DNA of 64,000 nt from Mobula hypostoma (lineage: Eukaryota): positions 169,324,001 through 169,388,000 of the forward strand of contig NC_086097.1 of assembly GCF_963921235.1 (NCBI RefSeq), in the 5' to 3' direction. A program made the position numbers and the translations under genes. Each line of letters starts with the position of its first letter. The stretch's first letter is position 1. Below the pieces are notes generated by a model. That model saw only the letters and a list, made by a program, of their open reading frames with translations, was not told the DNA's origin and searched no databases. Below, piece after piece: positions 25,215 through 37,254 of the stretch.

Positions 25215-25770
25215 ATATTATGTCGACTCAGGCCTACGGGGCTAGCGTCGGGCACGATGACGGACTCTCCACTTCTCCCTCATCAGTGTGTTCAGTTCAT
25301 CTACATTAGCTGTGCCGCTGTCTTCTAGGAGCATGTTGACCATAGTCTTGGGAAGGCGCCCAGGGTTCATCCTCCCATGCTTGGGCTCCCATATGATGAT
25401 TAGGCTGGCAAATAGCTCGGGGTGGCGTAGACAGTGCCCTGCTAGTTGCAGTCTTCTCGCCTCGATTTTAGTGGTGAGCATCGGTAGGTCGTCACAGAGC
25501 TCGACGTTCATCATGTGCTGTTGCCAACTCACATCAAGAGCCATCTGGAGCATTCGTGTACAGCAACCATCTAGAGACTTTCGCATAGTCTTGGTGAGTG
25601 TCCATGTCTCGCATCCGTACGTGAGAATGGACTCTTATGACTGCTCTGAAGATCCTCTTTTTAAGCACTCTGATCAGGTTCGACTTCCAGATTTCCTTCA
25701 TGTCGTTCATAGCCCTCCATGCTAGCGCCTTCCGTATCTTTATGTCCTTCTCCGAACTCATCATCCTTGA
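25215..25770 (-). mobile_element. RTE-clade LINE 3' fragment
   Basis: SSEKDIKIRKALAWRAMNDMKEIWKSNL...ESILTYGCETWTLT...LDGCCTRMLQMAL...RRLQLAGHCLRH, a typical RTE C-terminus. Confidence 0.8.
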
Positions 25771-26149
25771 TCTGACACAGAATTTATAAGCTGGAAAACT
25801 ACCCACCATGGATTAGAACTAAAGAAGCCTGAGATGAGTGGCGAAACATCTTCTAGACAACACAGCAAGTCCAGTTGCCTTGATAAATTACTGCTTGGTA
25901 TCTAAAATCTGTATCTGATTTTTTCAGTGCAGGGAAGACAACATTCTGACCACTATATGCAGTAAAGCAGAATAAAAGTATTTGTGCTTTACTGCTTCAA
26001 CTGAAAAAAATGTTCAAAAAGGCAGCTAAGTTTGCATGACAAATTGCTCTGAGAAGGGGAGAACAGTATCTGTAAAAGCTGATCAGCAACATTAGAATAG
26101 ATTCTGCTACATCATAAATAAGTTATGGATGTTAAGAAAGCACTCTTAC

Positions 26150-26410
26150 CTGTCGAGTCCGTTCCCTGAGTACAAACTGAGCTGGAGAAATTTTCATAAC
26201 TTGGGTATTCATAATATTTTTTATCAGTGAATCTTTGAAACAAACTGCCTTGACATAGGCAGCTCGAGAACCTGTATTTCTCATATAGAAACTGATCTTG
26301 CTCACTTTGTCTGGTACCATATCATTTAAATTCAGCACATAACTGCCTGAAATTTTTTTGATATCTTCCAGTATAATGTTGCTTGTTCCTCCATAACCTG
26401 AAAGTGGAAT
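26150..26410 (-). CDS. CEP192: CEP192 exon (261 bp, phase 0-0)
   Basis: AG/GT boundaries; IPLSGYGGTSNIILEDIKK...MRNTGSRAAYVKAVCFKD...FVLRERTRQ (IPLSGYGG and RNTGSRAA hallmark motifs). Confidence 0.97.
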
Positions 26411-26719
26411 CTGGAAGAAAAAAAAGCTTTAACATTAGTGTAATTAAACTTCAATTTTTCTGTACCATACAAACTATGTTTTGCATTGATCACAAGCTAG
26501 TCACCCTAGCCAAAGATCCCCTGCAGCTTCTCATACTTTATGGCCATTATGTGAGTAGGCCAATGTTGAGAGGTCAGGCCTTGGCTCAACAGGCTTCAGT
26601 AAATACAGGCACAGGCTAGAACTGAAGTTTCAGAAGTTACAAGGCCAACAAGTATAGGCAGGATGTTAATTCAGGCAGTTGAAATGCGCCTCCTCTGAGA
26701 TGTAGGATTTCAAGGTATA

Positions 26720-27798
26720 CACCCTATCTTCGTTATATGCGTCTTCAGACTATGCGGATTCATAGTCATGCAAGGAACCTATTTCTACCAACGTCTCGTC
26801 CAAATCTCACAGTTATGCGAGGAGCACTGCTTTCTTGCCAATACAAGTCAGGTTTGCGCCTCACAATTTCACTCCCGCCAGTTTCACATTGGTTTTGGCC
26901 AGGTGTGGATGTGCAATCTTAAATTTTGCTGGTTTTACCTACGGTGCAGTGATTTTGCACTTGAAATATTTAACTATGCCTCCTAAGCATCCGATGTCAC
27001 GTCCTGGGCTGTCAGCTGCGCGGCAGAGAACTGCTTTAACACTTGAAAAAAAGTTGGAAATTATAAACAGCGCGGCATTAGCTGAAGGTAACACAGCTCT
27101 GGGACGCTACTGCCGGGAACAGAATCTTGCCTTTAAAGTTCTTTTGTTGCTTGACAATGCGCTAGCCCATCCTAAACATTTGGACAGCATTTATCCTAAC
27201 ATAACAGTGCGTTTCCTGCCGCCTAACACAACATCGCTGATTCAACCACTCGACCAAGGTGTAAACCACATTCAAAGTGTATGTATTTTTTTTATGGCAA
27301 ACTATCTCTCAGATGCTGCAAGCAACAGACGATTTTTAAAATCCCAGGAGTTTACCACGGTGAGGGAATGGTGGAAGTTGGAACACTTGCCGGCAGTTCC
27401 AAGAGTTCTGTGAGTCTTCCTTCACCCCTTGCTGTGCTTGATATGATCCTGACGACCACAACTATCCACCTTATCCATGTAAAACTGCCTGACACCACAA
27501 AACCACTCATCTCCCAGAGCGAACACACCTACCACTGTTGGTGAGTACTGTACACCCTAGGATGTTAACTTTCTATGATTTATTACACCGAAAATTACCT
27601 TAAATTGATGAAATATAATACAAATGTTGTCTTGTAGTACTGCTTTTGTGTTGTATTGGTATGAAAATGTGAATAAATTACAGATAAAACATATTTAGGA
27701 AGCCCTCTGGAACACATCCCTATTTTCTCCATTTAAATTATTCACATTATGCGTCAACTTCGAGGAATGTATCCCCCACATATAACGAGGATAGGGTG
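26720..27798 (+). mobile_element. Internally deleted Tigger/pogo DNA transposon (1079 bp)
   Basis: TIR CACCCTATCYTCGTTATATG, TA TSD; ORF MPPK...RTALTLEKKLEII fused to YCREQNLAFKVLLLLDNA.AHP...FLPPNTTSLIQPLDQGV (DDE_1). Confidence 0.9.
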
Positions 27799-27879
27799 TA
27801 CAACAGTCTCCCTGATGACCATATCTGCAGGAAGTGCACCCAATTTCATCTCCTGACAAGGTCAAGTATTGTCAACAGT

Positions 27880-28290
27880 TTAGGGCCTGTACTCACTGGA
27901 ATTTAGAATAATAAATTTTGAAACCTACCGAATGTTGAAAGGACTAGATAAGGTGGATGTGGAGAGGATGTTTCGTATGGTGGGGTATCCAGGACTAGAG
28001 GCACAGCCCTCAAAATTGAGGGGTGACCTTTTAGAACAGAGGTAAGGAGGAATTGTTTTAGCCAAAGAGAAGTGAATCTGAATTGTTCTACCACAGACAG
28101 CGGTGGAGGCCAAGTCTGTGGGTATATTTAAGGTGGAAGTTGATAGTTTCCTGATCAGTCAGGGCATCAAAGGATATGATGAGAAGGCAGGCGTATGGGA
28201 TGGAATGGGATCCGGGATCAGCCATGATGGTGTGGTGGAGCAGACTAGATGGGCTGAATGGCCTAATTCTGCTCCTGTGTCTTATGGTCC
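27880..28290 (+). mobile_element. CR1 LINE 3' fragment
   Basis: GLDKVDVERMF...SRTRGHSPKIEG...VEAKSVGIFKVEVDSFLISQGIKGY plus CR1 3' UTR. Confidence 0.8.
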
Positions 28291-29512
28291 AACTGCAGTT
28301 GGATGCACTCAGGACTAATTAAGAGGCTAAAATCCTAATAGACAAAACGTTGAATGAGATGGTCACGCCCTGAGTGCAGGCTTCTGACAGTAGAAGTAAG
28401 GGGAGTAAGCAGTCAGTGCAAGGTTGCCCTGTGGTTATTCCCCTCAGCAGCAAGTATATCTCTTTGGATACTGTTGAGGGACAGGGGAGGTAAATGACAT
28501 ATTAGGGCACAGCAGCAGCAGCTAGGCCAGTGGCACTGTGGCCAGCTCCGAGGCTCAGTAGGGAAGGTTAAATTGAGGCAGAATGATAGCGTAAGGAGGA
28601 CAGATAGCAGATTCTGTGAGTGCAAAACAGAAACTGGAATATTTGCTGCCTCCCAGGACTGGCTCAGAGTGGTTGCAGAAGATTCTCAAGAGGGAGTGTA
28701 AGCAGACAAAGGTTGTGGTGCACAGAGGTAGCAATGGCAGGTAGAAAGCAGAAAGAGGTCCTGTGCAATGAGTACAGGAGGTAGGGAAGCGGCTGAAGAG
28801 CAGGATCTCTGAGGTAGTAATCACTGAGTTAGCCCTAGTGCCACGTGCTAATCAGGGCAGGAATAGGATTATAGTATAGATGAGTGAGTGGCTGAGGAAC
28901 TGGTGTAGGGGGCAGGGTTGCAGATTTCTGGATCACTAGGATCTCTTCTGGGGAAGGTATGCAAGACCTGCAGGGCTTAAACAAAGTTGGCAGAAGGATG
29001 GAAACTGGAATGATTGAGCTGAGGATGAGAGTGTTAGTATACAAGCTGATGCAGTGTGTTGTGAGACTGTGAGGAAAGACAAGCAGATGATAGGGCAAAA
29101 TTTCAGTCAGTGTGATGAGTTGAAGTGTAACTTGGGGTCAAAATTGTAAAGGATGGTGAATACAAGACTGAAGGTGTTATATTTGAATGCACACAGTACA
29201 AAATAAGGTAGATGATCTCGTAGCACAAGGATACACACATGAAAGGATAGGCAGACGGGGTGGGGTGGCTCTGCTGGTAAAAAAAAATGAAATCAAATCT
29301 TGAGAAAGAGGTGATATACCATAAGATCCAAAGATGTAAAATCCTTGTGGGTAGATTTAAGAAACTGCAAGGGTAAAAAGGCCCTGATTGGACTTATGTA
29401 CAGGCGCCTGAACAGTAGCCAGGAGGTGGGATAAAGATTGCAACGGGAAATAGAATAGGCTTGTCAAAAGGACAATGTTATGATAGTCATGGGAGATTTC
29501 AATACGCAAGTA

Positions 29513-31137
29513 CAGTGGCATGCAAAAGTTTGGGCACCCTAGTCAAAATTTCTGTTACTGTGAATAGCTAAGCGAGTAAAACATGAACTTATTTCCAAAA
29601 GGCATAAAGTTAAAGATAACACATTGCTTTAATATTTTAAGCAAGAAAACTTTTTTATTTCCATCTTTTAGTTTCAAAATAACGAAAAAGGAAAAGGGCC
29701 TGAAGCAAAAGTTTGGGCACCCTGCACTCAGTACTTAGTAACACCCTCTTTGGCAAGTATCACAGCTTGTAAACACTTTTTGTAGCCAGCTAAGAGTCTT
29801 TCAATTCTTGTTTGGGGGATTTTCGTCCATTCTTCCTTGCAAAAGGCTTCTAGTTCTGTGAGATTCTTGGGCCATCCTGCATGCACTGCTCTTTTGAGGT
29901 CTATCCACAGATTTTCGATGATGTTTAGGTCGGGGGACTGTGAGGGCCATGGCAAAACCTTCAGCTTGCGCCTCTTGAGGTAATCCATTGTGGATTTTGA
30001 GGTGTGTTTAGGATCATTATCCTGTTGTAGAAGCCATCCTCTTTTCACCTTCGGCGTTTTTATTTTAAACAGGCGGTGTGATGCTTGCTTCCTGAATTTG
30101 CTGGTATTTAGTTGAATTCAGTCTTCCCTCTACCAGTAAATATTCCCAGTGCCACTGGCTGCAACACAAGCCCAAAGCATGATCGATCCACCCCTGTGTG
30201 CTTAACAGCTGGAGAGGTATTCTTTTCATGAAATTCTGCACCTTTTTTTCTCCAAACATACTTTGCTCATTGCGGCCAAAAAGTTCTATTCAAAAGGTTC
30301 AAAGGAACATCTAAACAAGCCTGATGCATTTTGGAAACAAGTCCCGTTTGTCTGATGAAGTTAAAATAGAACTTTTTGGCCGCAATGAGCAAAGGTATTT
30401 TTGGAGAAAAAAGAGTGCAGAATTTCATGAAAAGAACACCTCTCCAACTGTTAAGCACACAGGGGTGGATCGATCATGCTTTGGGCTTATGTTGCAGCCA
30501 GTGGCACGGGGAACATTTACTGGTAGAGGGAAGAATGAATTCAATTAAATACCAGCAAATTCAGGAAGCAAGCATCACACCGCCTCTAAAAAAAAAAGCC
30601 GAAGGTGAAAAGAAGATGGCTTCTACAACAGGATAATGATCCTAAACACACCTCAAAATCCACAATGGACTACCTCGAGGCGCAGACTGAAGGTTTTGCC
30701 ATGGCCCTCATAGTCTCCTGACCTAAACATCATTAAGAATCTGTGGATAGACCTCAAAAGAGCAGTGCATGCAAGACGGCCCAAGAATCTCACAGAACTA
30801 GAAGCCTTTTGCAAGGAAGAATGAGCGAAAATCTCCCAAACATGAATTGAAAGACTCTTGGCTGGCTACAGAAAGCGTTTACAAGCTGTGATACTTGCCA
30901 AAGGGGGTGTTACTAAGTACTGCCATGCAGGGTGCCCAAACTTTTGCTTCGGGACCTTTTCCTTTTTTGTTATTTTGAAACTGCAAAAGACGGAAATAAA
31001 AAGGTTTTCTTAAAATATTAAAGAAGTGTGTCATCTTTAACTTTATGCCTTTTGGAAATCAGTTCATCTTTTACTCACTTAGCTCTTCACAGTAACAGAA
31101 ATTTTGACCAGGGTGCCCAAACTTTTGCATGCCACTG
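29513..31137. mobile_element. Palindromic Tc1-like transposon made of two inverted 3' halves (1625 bp)
   Basis: TA|CAGTGGCATGCAAAAGTTTGGGCACCC...GGGTGCCCAAACTTTTGCATGCCACTG|TA; arms 29513-30290 and 30365-31137 both encode QQDNDPKH...WPSQSPDLNIIENLW...TKY. Confidence 0.92.
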
Positions 31138-31338
31138 TAGATAGGGAAAATTAGATTGGTGTTGGATCACAAGAGGAGTTTGTAGTATACCTACGAAATG
31201 GGTTTTTAAGAAGGAGTTTGTGATTGAGCCCACTAGGTGAAAGGCAATTCTGGATTGGATGTTGTATAATGAACCAGGTTTCATTAGGGAGTTTGAGGTA
31301 AAGGAACCCTTCACAGACAATGATCATAATATGATAGC

Positions 31339-33012
31339 ATGAATGGCAGCGATGCTTCACTACCAGCTGAACTCAACACCTTCTATGTGCGCTTTGAAAG
31401 GGAGATCACAACTACAGCTGTGAAGATCCCTGCTGCACCTGATGACCTTGTGATCTCCATCTCAAAGGCCGATGTTAGGCTGTCTTTAAAGAGAGTGAAC
31501 CCTCGCAAGGTCCTGATGGAGCACCTGGCAAGGCTCTGAAAACCCGTGCCAAACAACTAGCAGGATTTTTCAAGGACATTTTCAACCTCTCACTGCTACG
31601 GGCGGAAGTTCCCACTTGCTTCAAAAAGGCAACAATTATACCAGTGCCTCCGAAGAATAATGTGGGCTGTCTTAATGACTATTGTCCGGTAACATTCACA
31701 TCAACAGTGATGAAACGCTTGACTAGACTGAACTCCTGCCTCAGCAAGGACCTGGACCCATTGCATTTTGCCCATCGCCACAATAGGTCAACGGTAGACG
31801 CAATCTCAGTGGCTCTCCACATGGCTTTTGACCACCTGGACAACACAAACACCTACATCAGGATGCTGTTCATCGACCATAGCTCAGCATTTAATACCAT
31901 CATACCCACAATCCTGATTGAGAAGTTGCAGAACTTAGGCCTCCATACCTTCCTCTACAATTGGATCTTCGACTTCCTAACTGGAAGACCACAATCTGTG
32001 CGGATTGGTGAAAACAAATCCTCCTTGTTCACAATCAACACTGGGTGTGTGTTTAGCTCACTGCTCTACTCTCTGTATACCCATGACTGTGTGGGTAGGC
32101 ATAGCTCAAATACCATCTTATAAATTTGCTGACGATATAACCATTGTTGGTAGAATCTCAGGTGGTGATGAGAGGGCATACAGGAGTGAAATATGCCAAC
32201 TAGTGGAGTGGTCCCGCAACAACAACCTGGCACTCAAGATCGGGACAAAAGAGCTGATTGTTCAGGAAGGATAAGACGAAGGAACACATACCAATCCTCA
32301 TAGAGGGATCAGAAGTGGAGAGAGTGAGCAGTTTCAAGTTCCTGGGTATCAGGGTCTCTGAGGATCTAACCTGGTCCCAACATATCGATGTAGTTATAAA
32401 TAAGGCAAAACAGCGGCTACTCTTTATTAGGAGTTTGAAGAGATTTGGCATGTCAACAAATACACTCAAAAACTCTACAGTTGTACCGTGGAGAGCACTC
32501 TGACAGGCTACATCACTGTCTCGTATGGAGGGGCTACTGCACAGGGCTGAAAGGAGCTGCAGAGGGTTGCAAATTCAGTCAGCTCTATCTTGGGTACTAG
32601 CCTACAAAGTACCCAGGACATCTTCAAGGAGTGGTGTCTCAGAAAGATAGCATCCATTATTAAGGGCCTCCAGCACCCAGGGCATGCCCTTTTCTCACTG
32701 TTACCATCAGATGGGAGGTACAGAAGCCTGGACGCACACACTCAGCGATTCAGGAACAGATTCTTTCCCTCTGCCATCAGATTCCTAAATGGACACTGAA
32801 TCTTAGGACACTATCTCACTTTTTAAAAAAATATACAGTATTCTGTTTTTGCGTGTTTTTTAAAATCTATTCAATATACATAATTGATTTGCTCGCTTTT
32901 TATTATTATTTTTAATTATTTTTTCTCTGCTAGATTGTGTATAGTTTTGAACTGCTTTTGCTAAATTAACAAATGTCACATCACATGCCGGTGATAATAA
33001 ACCTGATTCTGA
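31339..33012 (+). mobile_element. Rex1/Babar-like LINE, 5'-truncated RT plus 3' UTR
   Basis: [57 protein letters not shown], tail aataaacctgattctgatt. Confidence 0.85.
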
Positions 33013-33182
33013 TTGACTTCACCCTGCAGTTTGAAAAAGAAAAGATAAAGACATATGTGTAAGTACATTTCACTGTGGAAGACACTAACAGTATGCCAGA
33101 AACTCGAGTGTCGGGGCAGAAGCATAATTGCTATTACTAAGGAGAAGGTGCCAGCAAAACTGAACGTAGACAAGTCACCTGA

Positions 33183-35575
33183 CGTAGGAGTGGAACTATA
33201 CCATTCAGCCCATTGAGCTTGCTCCACCATTTCATCATGGCTGCTCCCAGATCCCATTCAACTCCATACACCTGCCCCCTCACCATATCCCTTGATGCTC
33301 TGACCAATCAGGAAACTATCGACTTCTGCTTTAAATATACCCATGGACTTGGCCTCCACCGCAGTCTGTGGCAGAGCATTCCACAGATTCACCAATATTT
33401 GGCTAAAAAAATTTCCTCCTTACTTCTTTTCCAAAAGACTGCCCTTCAATTTTGAGGCTATGCCTTCTTGTTCTGGATACCCCCACCAGAGGAAACGTCT
33501 TCTCCACATCCACCTTATCTGTTTCAATGAGATCCCCACACATTCTTCTAAATTCTGGTCAGTACTGGCCCAAAGCTGCCAGACACTCATATGTTAACTC
33601 CTTCATTCCCAGAATTATCCTTGTGAACCTCCTCTTCATTGACATCCTTTCTGAGATATGGGGCCCAAAACTGTTGTCCAAGTGCGGCCTGACTAGTGCC
33701 TTATAAAGCTTCAGCATTACCTCCTTGTTTTTATATTCTATTCCCCTTGAAATAAATGCCAAAATTGCATTTGTCTTTTTTTACCACAGACTCAGCCAAA
33801 AATGAACCTTCTGGGAGTCCTGCATGGGGATTGCTAAGTCCCTTTGCATCTTTAATGTTTGAATTTTCTCTCCTTTTAGATAATAGTCTACACTTTTATT
33901 TCTTTTACCGAAATGCATTATCATACGTTTCCCAATTGCCACTTCTTTGCCCATTCTTCCAATTTGTCCAAGACCTGCTGCAATCGCATTGCTTCCTCAG
34001 CACTACCTACCCCTCCACCTATCTTCGTATCATCCACAAACTTTTTCCACAAAGCCATCAATTTCATTATCCAAATCATTGACAAACAATGTGAAAAGTA
34101 GCGGTCCCGATTCTGACCCCTGAGGAACACCTGAAGTCACTGGTAGCCAACCAAAAAAGGCCCCCTTTATTCCCAATCGCTGCCTCCTGTCTGTCAGCCA
34201 TCCCTCTATCCATGCCAGTATCTTTCCTGTAATGCCACAGGATTTTATCTTGTTAAAAACAGCCTCATATGTGGCACCTCATTAAATGCCTTCTGAAAAT
34301 CCAAGTAAATGACACCCACTGCCTCTTCTTCATCTACCCTGCTTGTTACTTCCTCGAAGAATTCTATTAGATTTATCAGGCAAGATTTCCCTTCACAGAA
34401 ACCATGCTGATTTTGACTTATTATTAGTCTCCAAGTACCCCAAAACATCATCCTTAATAATAAGACTCCAACACTTTTCCAACCACTGAGTTAGGCTAAC
34501 TGGCCTATAATTTCCTTTCTTTTGTTGTCCTCCCTTAAAGAGTGTAATAACAGTCCTCCAGGACCTAGCCAGAATCAAGTGATTCTCGAAAGATCACGAC
34601 CAATGCATCCATTATCTCTTCAGCAACCTCCTTTAGGACTCTGGGATGTAGTCCCTCTGGTCCAGGTGACCTTTCAGTTTGCCTAGCACTTTTTCCTTTG
34701 TAATAGCAATGGCACTCACTCCTGCTCCCTGACACTCAGCAACCTCTGGCACACAGCTTGTGTCTTCTGTAATAAATACCAAAGCAAAGTACTTAAGTTC
34801 ATCTGCCATTTCTTTGTCCTCCATTTTAAAAACTTCCCAATCATCCAACTACCCACTCACTTTTGCTACCGTATATGCCCTTTCCTCGGCTTTTATGCAG
34901 TCCCTAACTTCCCTTGTCAGCCCTGCCATTTGAAAACAACTTCTTCTGTGGGACATATCTATCCTGTATCTTGTGAACTATTCCCAGAAACTTCAGCCAC
35001 CTCTGTTCTGCCACCATCACCACCAGTATCCCTCTCCAATCCACTTGGACAAGCTCCTCACTCATGCCTCTGTAATTTCTGTTATTGCGATACTGATATA
35101 TGAGACTTCGGCTTCTCCCTCTCAAATTGCAGTATGAATTCAATCATATTATGATCACTGACTCCTTAGGGGTCATCTACATTAAGCTAATAAAATCTAG
35201 ATTATTACACAACACCCAATCTAAGATAGCCTTTCCCCAAGTAAGCTCAAGCACAAGCTGCTGTAAAAAGCCATCCCATAGGCATTCAACAAATTCTCTC
35301 TTGCAATCTGATATCAAGATAATTTTCCCAATCCCCTTGCATATTGAAGTCCCCTATTACAAATGTGACATTAGTCTTTCCAGCCCCCTTTGCAATCTGA
35401 ACCCCACATCTTGGCTACTATTTGGAGGCCTTTCTATGATTCCCATAATGTTTTTTTACCCTTCTACTTTCTTAACTCCACCCACATTCTCTGACCCTAT
35501 GTCACCTCTTTCTAAAGATGTAATTCCTTCTCTTACCAGTAGAGCCACACCACCACCTATGCCTTCCTTCCTGCC
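33183..35575 (-). mobile_element. CR1 LINE (RT to 3' UTR) nested in a plus-strand CR1
   Basis: GNYRPVSLT, QHGFCEGKSCLINLIEFFEEVT, YLDFQKAF, KFVDDTKIGG, LYKALVRPHL; splits host ...KSP|GP motif. Confidence 0.8.
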
Positions 35576-37220
35576 CGGACCAAATGGAACTAAATCACAA
35601 GGTTTTGAATGAGGTAGCTGAAGAGATGTGAAGGCATCACTGGATTCTGGAATGATCCCAGAGGACTGGAAAATTGCAAATGTTACTCCACTCTTGAAGA
35701 AGAAAGGGAGGAAAGCAGAAGAAAGGAAATTTTAGGACAGCTCGCCTGACTTCAGTGGTTGGGAAGATGTGGGAGTCCATGATTACGGATGAGGTTTCAG
35801 ATACTTGGAGACGCATGATAAATGTAAGCCAAAGTCAGCATAGTTTCCTTCAGGGGAAATCTTGCCTGACAAATCTGTTGGAATTCTTTGATGAAATAAC
35901 AGGCAGGATAAACAAAGGAGAGTCAGTGGATGTTATTTTCTTGGAATTTCAGAAGGCCTTTGACAAGTTGCTGCACGAGGCTACTTAACAAAATAAGAAC
36001 CTATGGAATTACAGGAGAGATACTACTAGCATGGAAATTGGCTGACAGGCGAGAGGCAAAGAGTGGGAATAAAGGCAGCCTGTTCTGGTTGGCTGCCAGT
36101 GACTAGTGGTGTTCTGCAGAGATCCGGATTGGGACTACTTCTCTCATTATATATAATGATTTGGATGACAGAATTGATGGTTTTGTGGTGAATTTGGAGA
36201 CAATACAAAGATAAGTGGAGGGCAGGTAGAGTTGAGGAAGTAGGAGATTTGCAGAAGGACTTGGACAGATTGGGAGAACGGGCAAAGTGGCAGATGGAAT
36301 ATAGTATAGGGAAGTGTATGGTCATACTCTTTGACAGAAGAAATAAAGGACTAGACTATTTTCTGAATGGGGAAAAGATTCAAAAATCAGAGGTGCAAAG
36401 CAACTTGGGAGTTCTTGTGCAGGTTAACTTGCAGGTTGAGTCAGTGGTAAGGAAGGCAAATGCAATGTTTGTATTCATTTGAGAGGACTCGAATATAAGA
36501 GCAACAATGTGATGCTGAGGCCTTATAAAGCACTATATTGTGAGCAGTTTTGGGGCTCCTGATCTAAGAAAAGATACGCAGGCATTGGAAAGTGTCCAGA
36601 GGAGGTTCACGAAAATGATTGTGGGAAGGAAAGTGTTAATGTATGATGAGGTAAACACGAGGAATTCTGCAGATGCTGGAAATTCAAGCAACACACATCA
36701 AAGTTGCTGGTGAACGCAGCTGGCCAGGCAGCATCTCTAGGAAGAGGTACAGTCGACGTTTCAGGCCGAGACCCTTCGTCAGTACATCATATGAATGTAT
36801 GATGAGCATTTGATGGCTCTGAGTCAGTTAATGCAGGAGTTTAGCAGAATGAGGAAGGATCTCGTTGAAACCTAGAGAATAATGTAAGGTCTTGATAGAA
36901 TGAATGTGGAGAAGATGCTTCCTATAGTGGGTGCGTTTAAGACCAGAGGGCACAGTTTCAGAATAGAGGGATGTCCATTTATAACAGATAAGAAGGAATT
37001 TCTTTAGCCAGAGGGTGGTGAATGTGTGGAATTCATTGTCATTGGCAGCTGTGGAAGTCAAGTCATTGAGTATATTTAAAGTGAAGTTTGATAGCTAATT
37101 AGTTAGTCAGGGCATGAAGGGAGGAGAAAGGGGTTGAGAGGGATAATCCATTAGCCATGAAGAAATGGCAGAGCAGACTCAGTGGGAGGACTGGCCTAAT
37201 TTTGCTTGTCTCTTATGGTC
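35576..37220 (+). mobile_element. CR1 LINE RT and 3' end (continues from about 33030-33182)
   Basis: WKIANVTPL, SQHSFLQGKSCLTNLLEFFDEIT, LQKDLDRLGE, CR1 3' UTR ending cttatggtc. Confidence 0.8.
36651..36793 (-). mobile_element. Mini Neptune-type Penelope 3' end (hammerhead core plus tail)
   Basis: 13-bp TSD AATGTATGATGAG at 36638-36650 and 36794-36806; element sequence 36651-36782 plus 11-nt filler. Confidence 0.85.
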
Positions 37221-37254
37221 CTCTCACTTGATTACTGTCACTTCCTACATATTA

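Larger units (their letters stand above)
23273..25905. mobile_element. Penelope-like (Poseidon-type) insertion, tail-out inverted pair with nested elements
   Basis: Plus-strand GIY-YIG C-terminus at 24834-25100 (YI.KTKQPLHKWMAQH...VYLH.KDKGHS...LDRED...VKEAIFIKLE); 3' region repeated inverted at 23273-23430 and 24525-24833; TSD AATCTGTAT(T/C)TG at 23261-23272 and 25906-25917. Confidence 0.8.
26660..31338 (+). mobile_element. Degenerate CR1 LINE, 5' part (ORF1 and APE), host of several nested insertions
   Basis: ICRKC zinc-finger-like ORF1 start; APE motifs (LNAH, YRRLNS, VMGDFN, ILDWMLYNEP, DHNMI); boundaries approximate. Confidence 0.65.
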
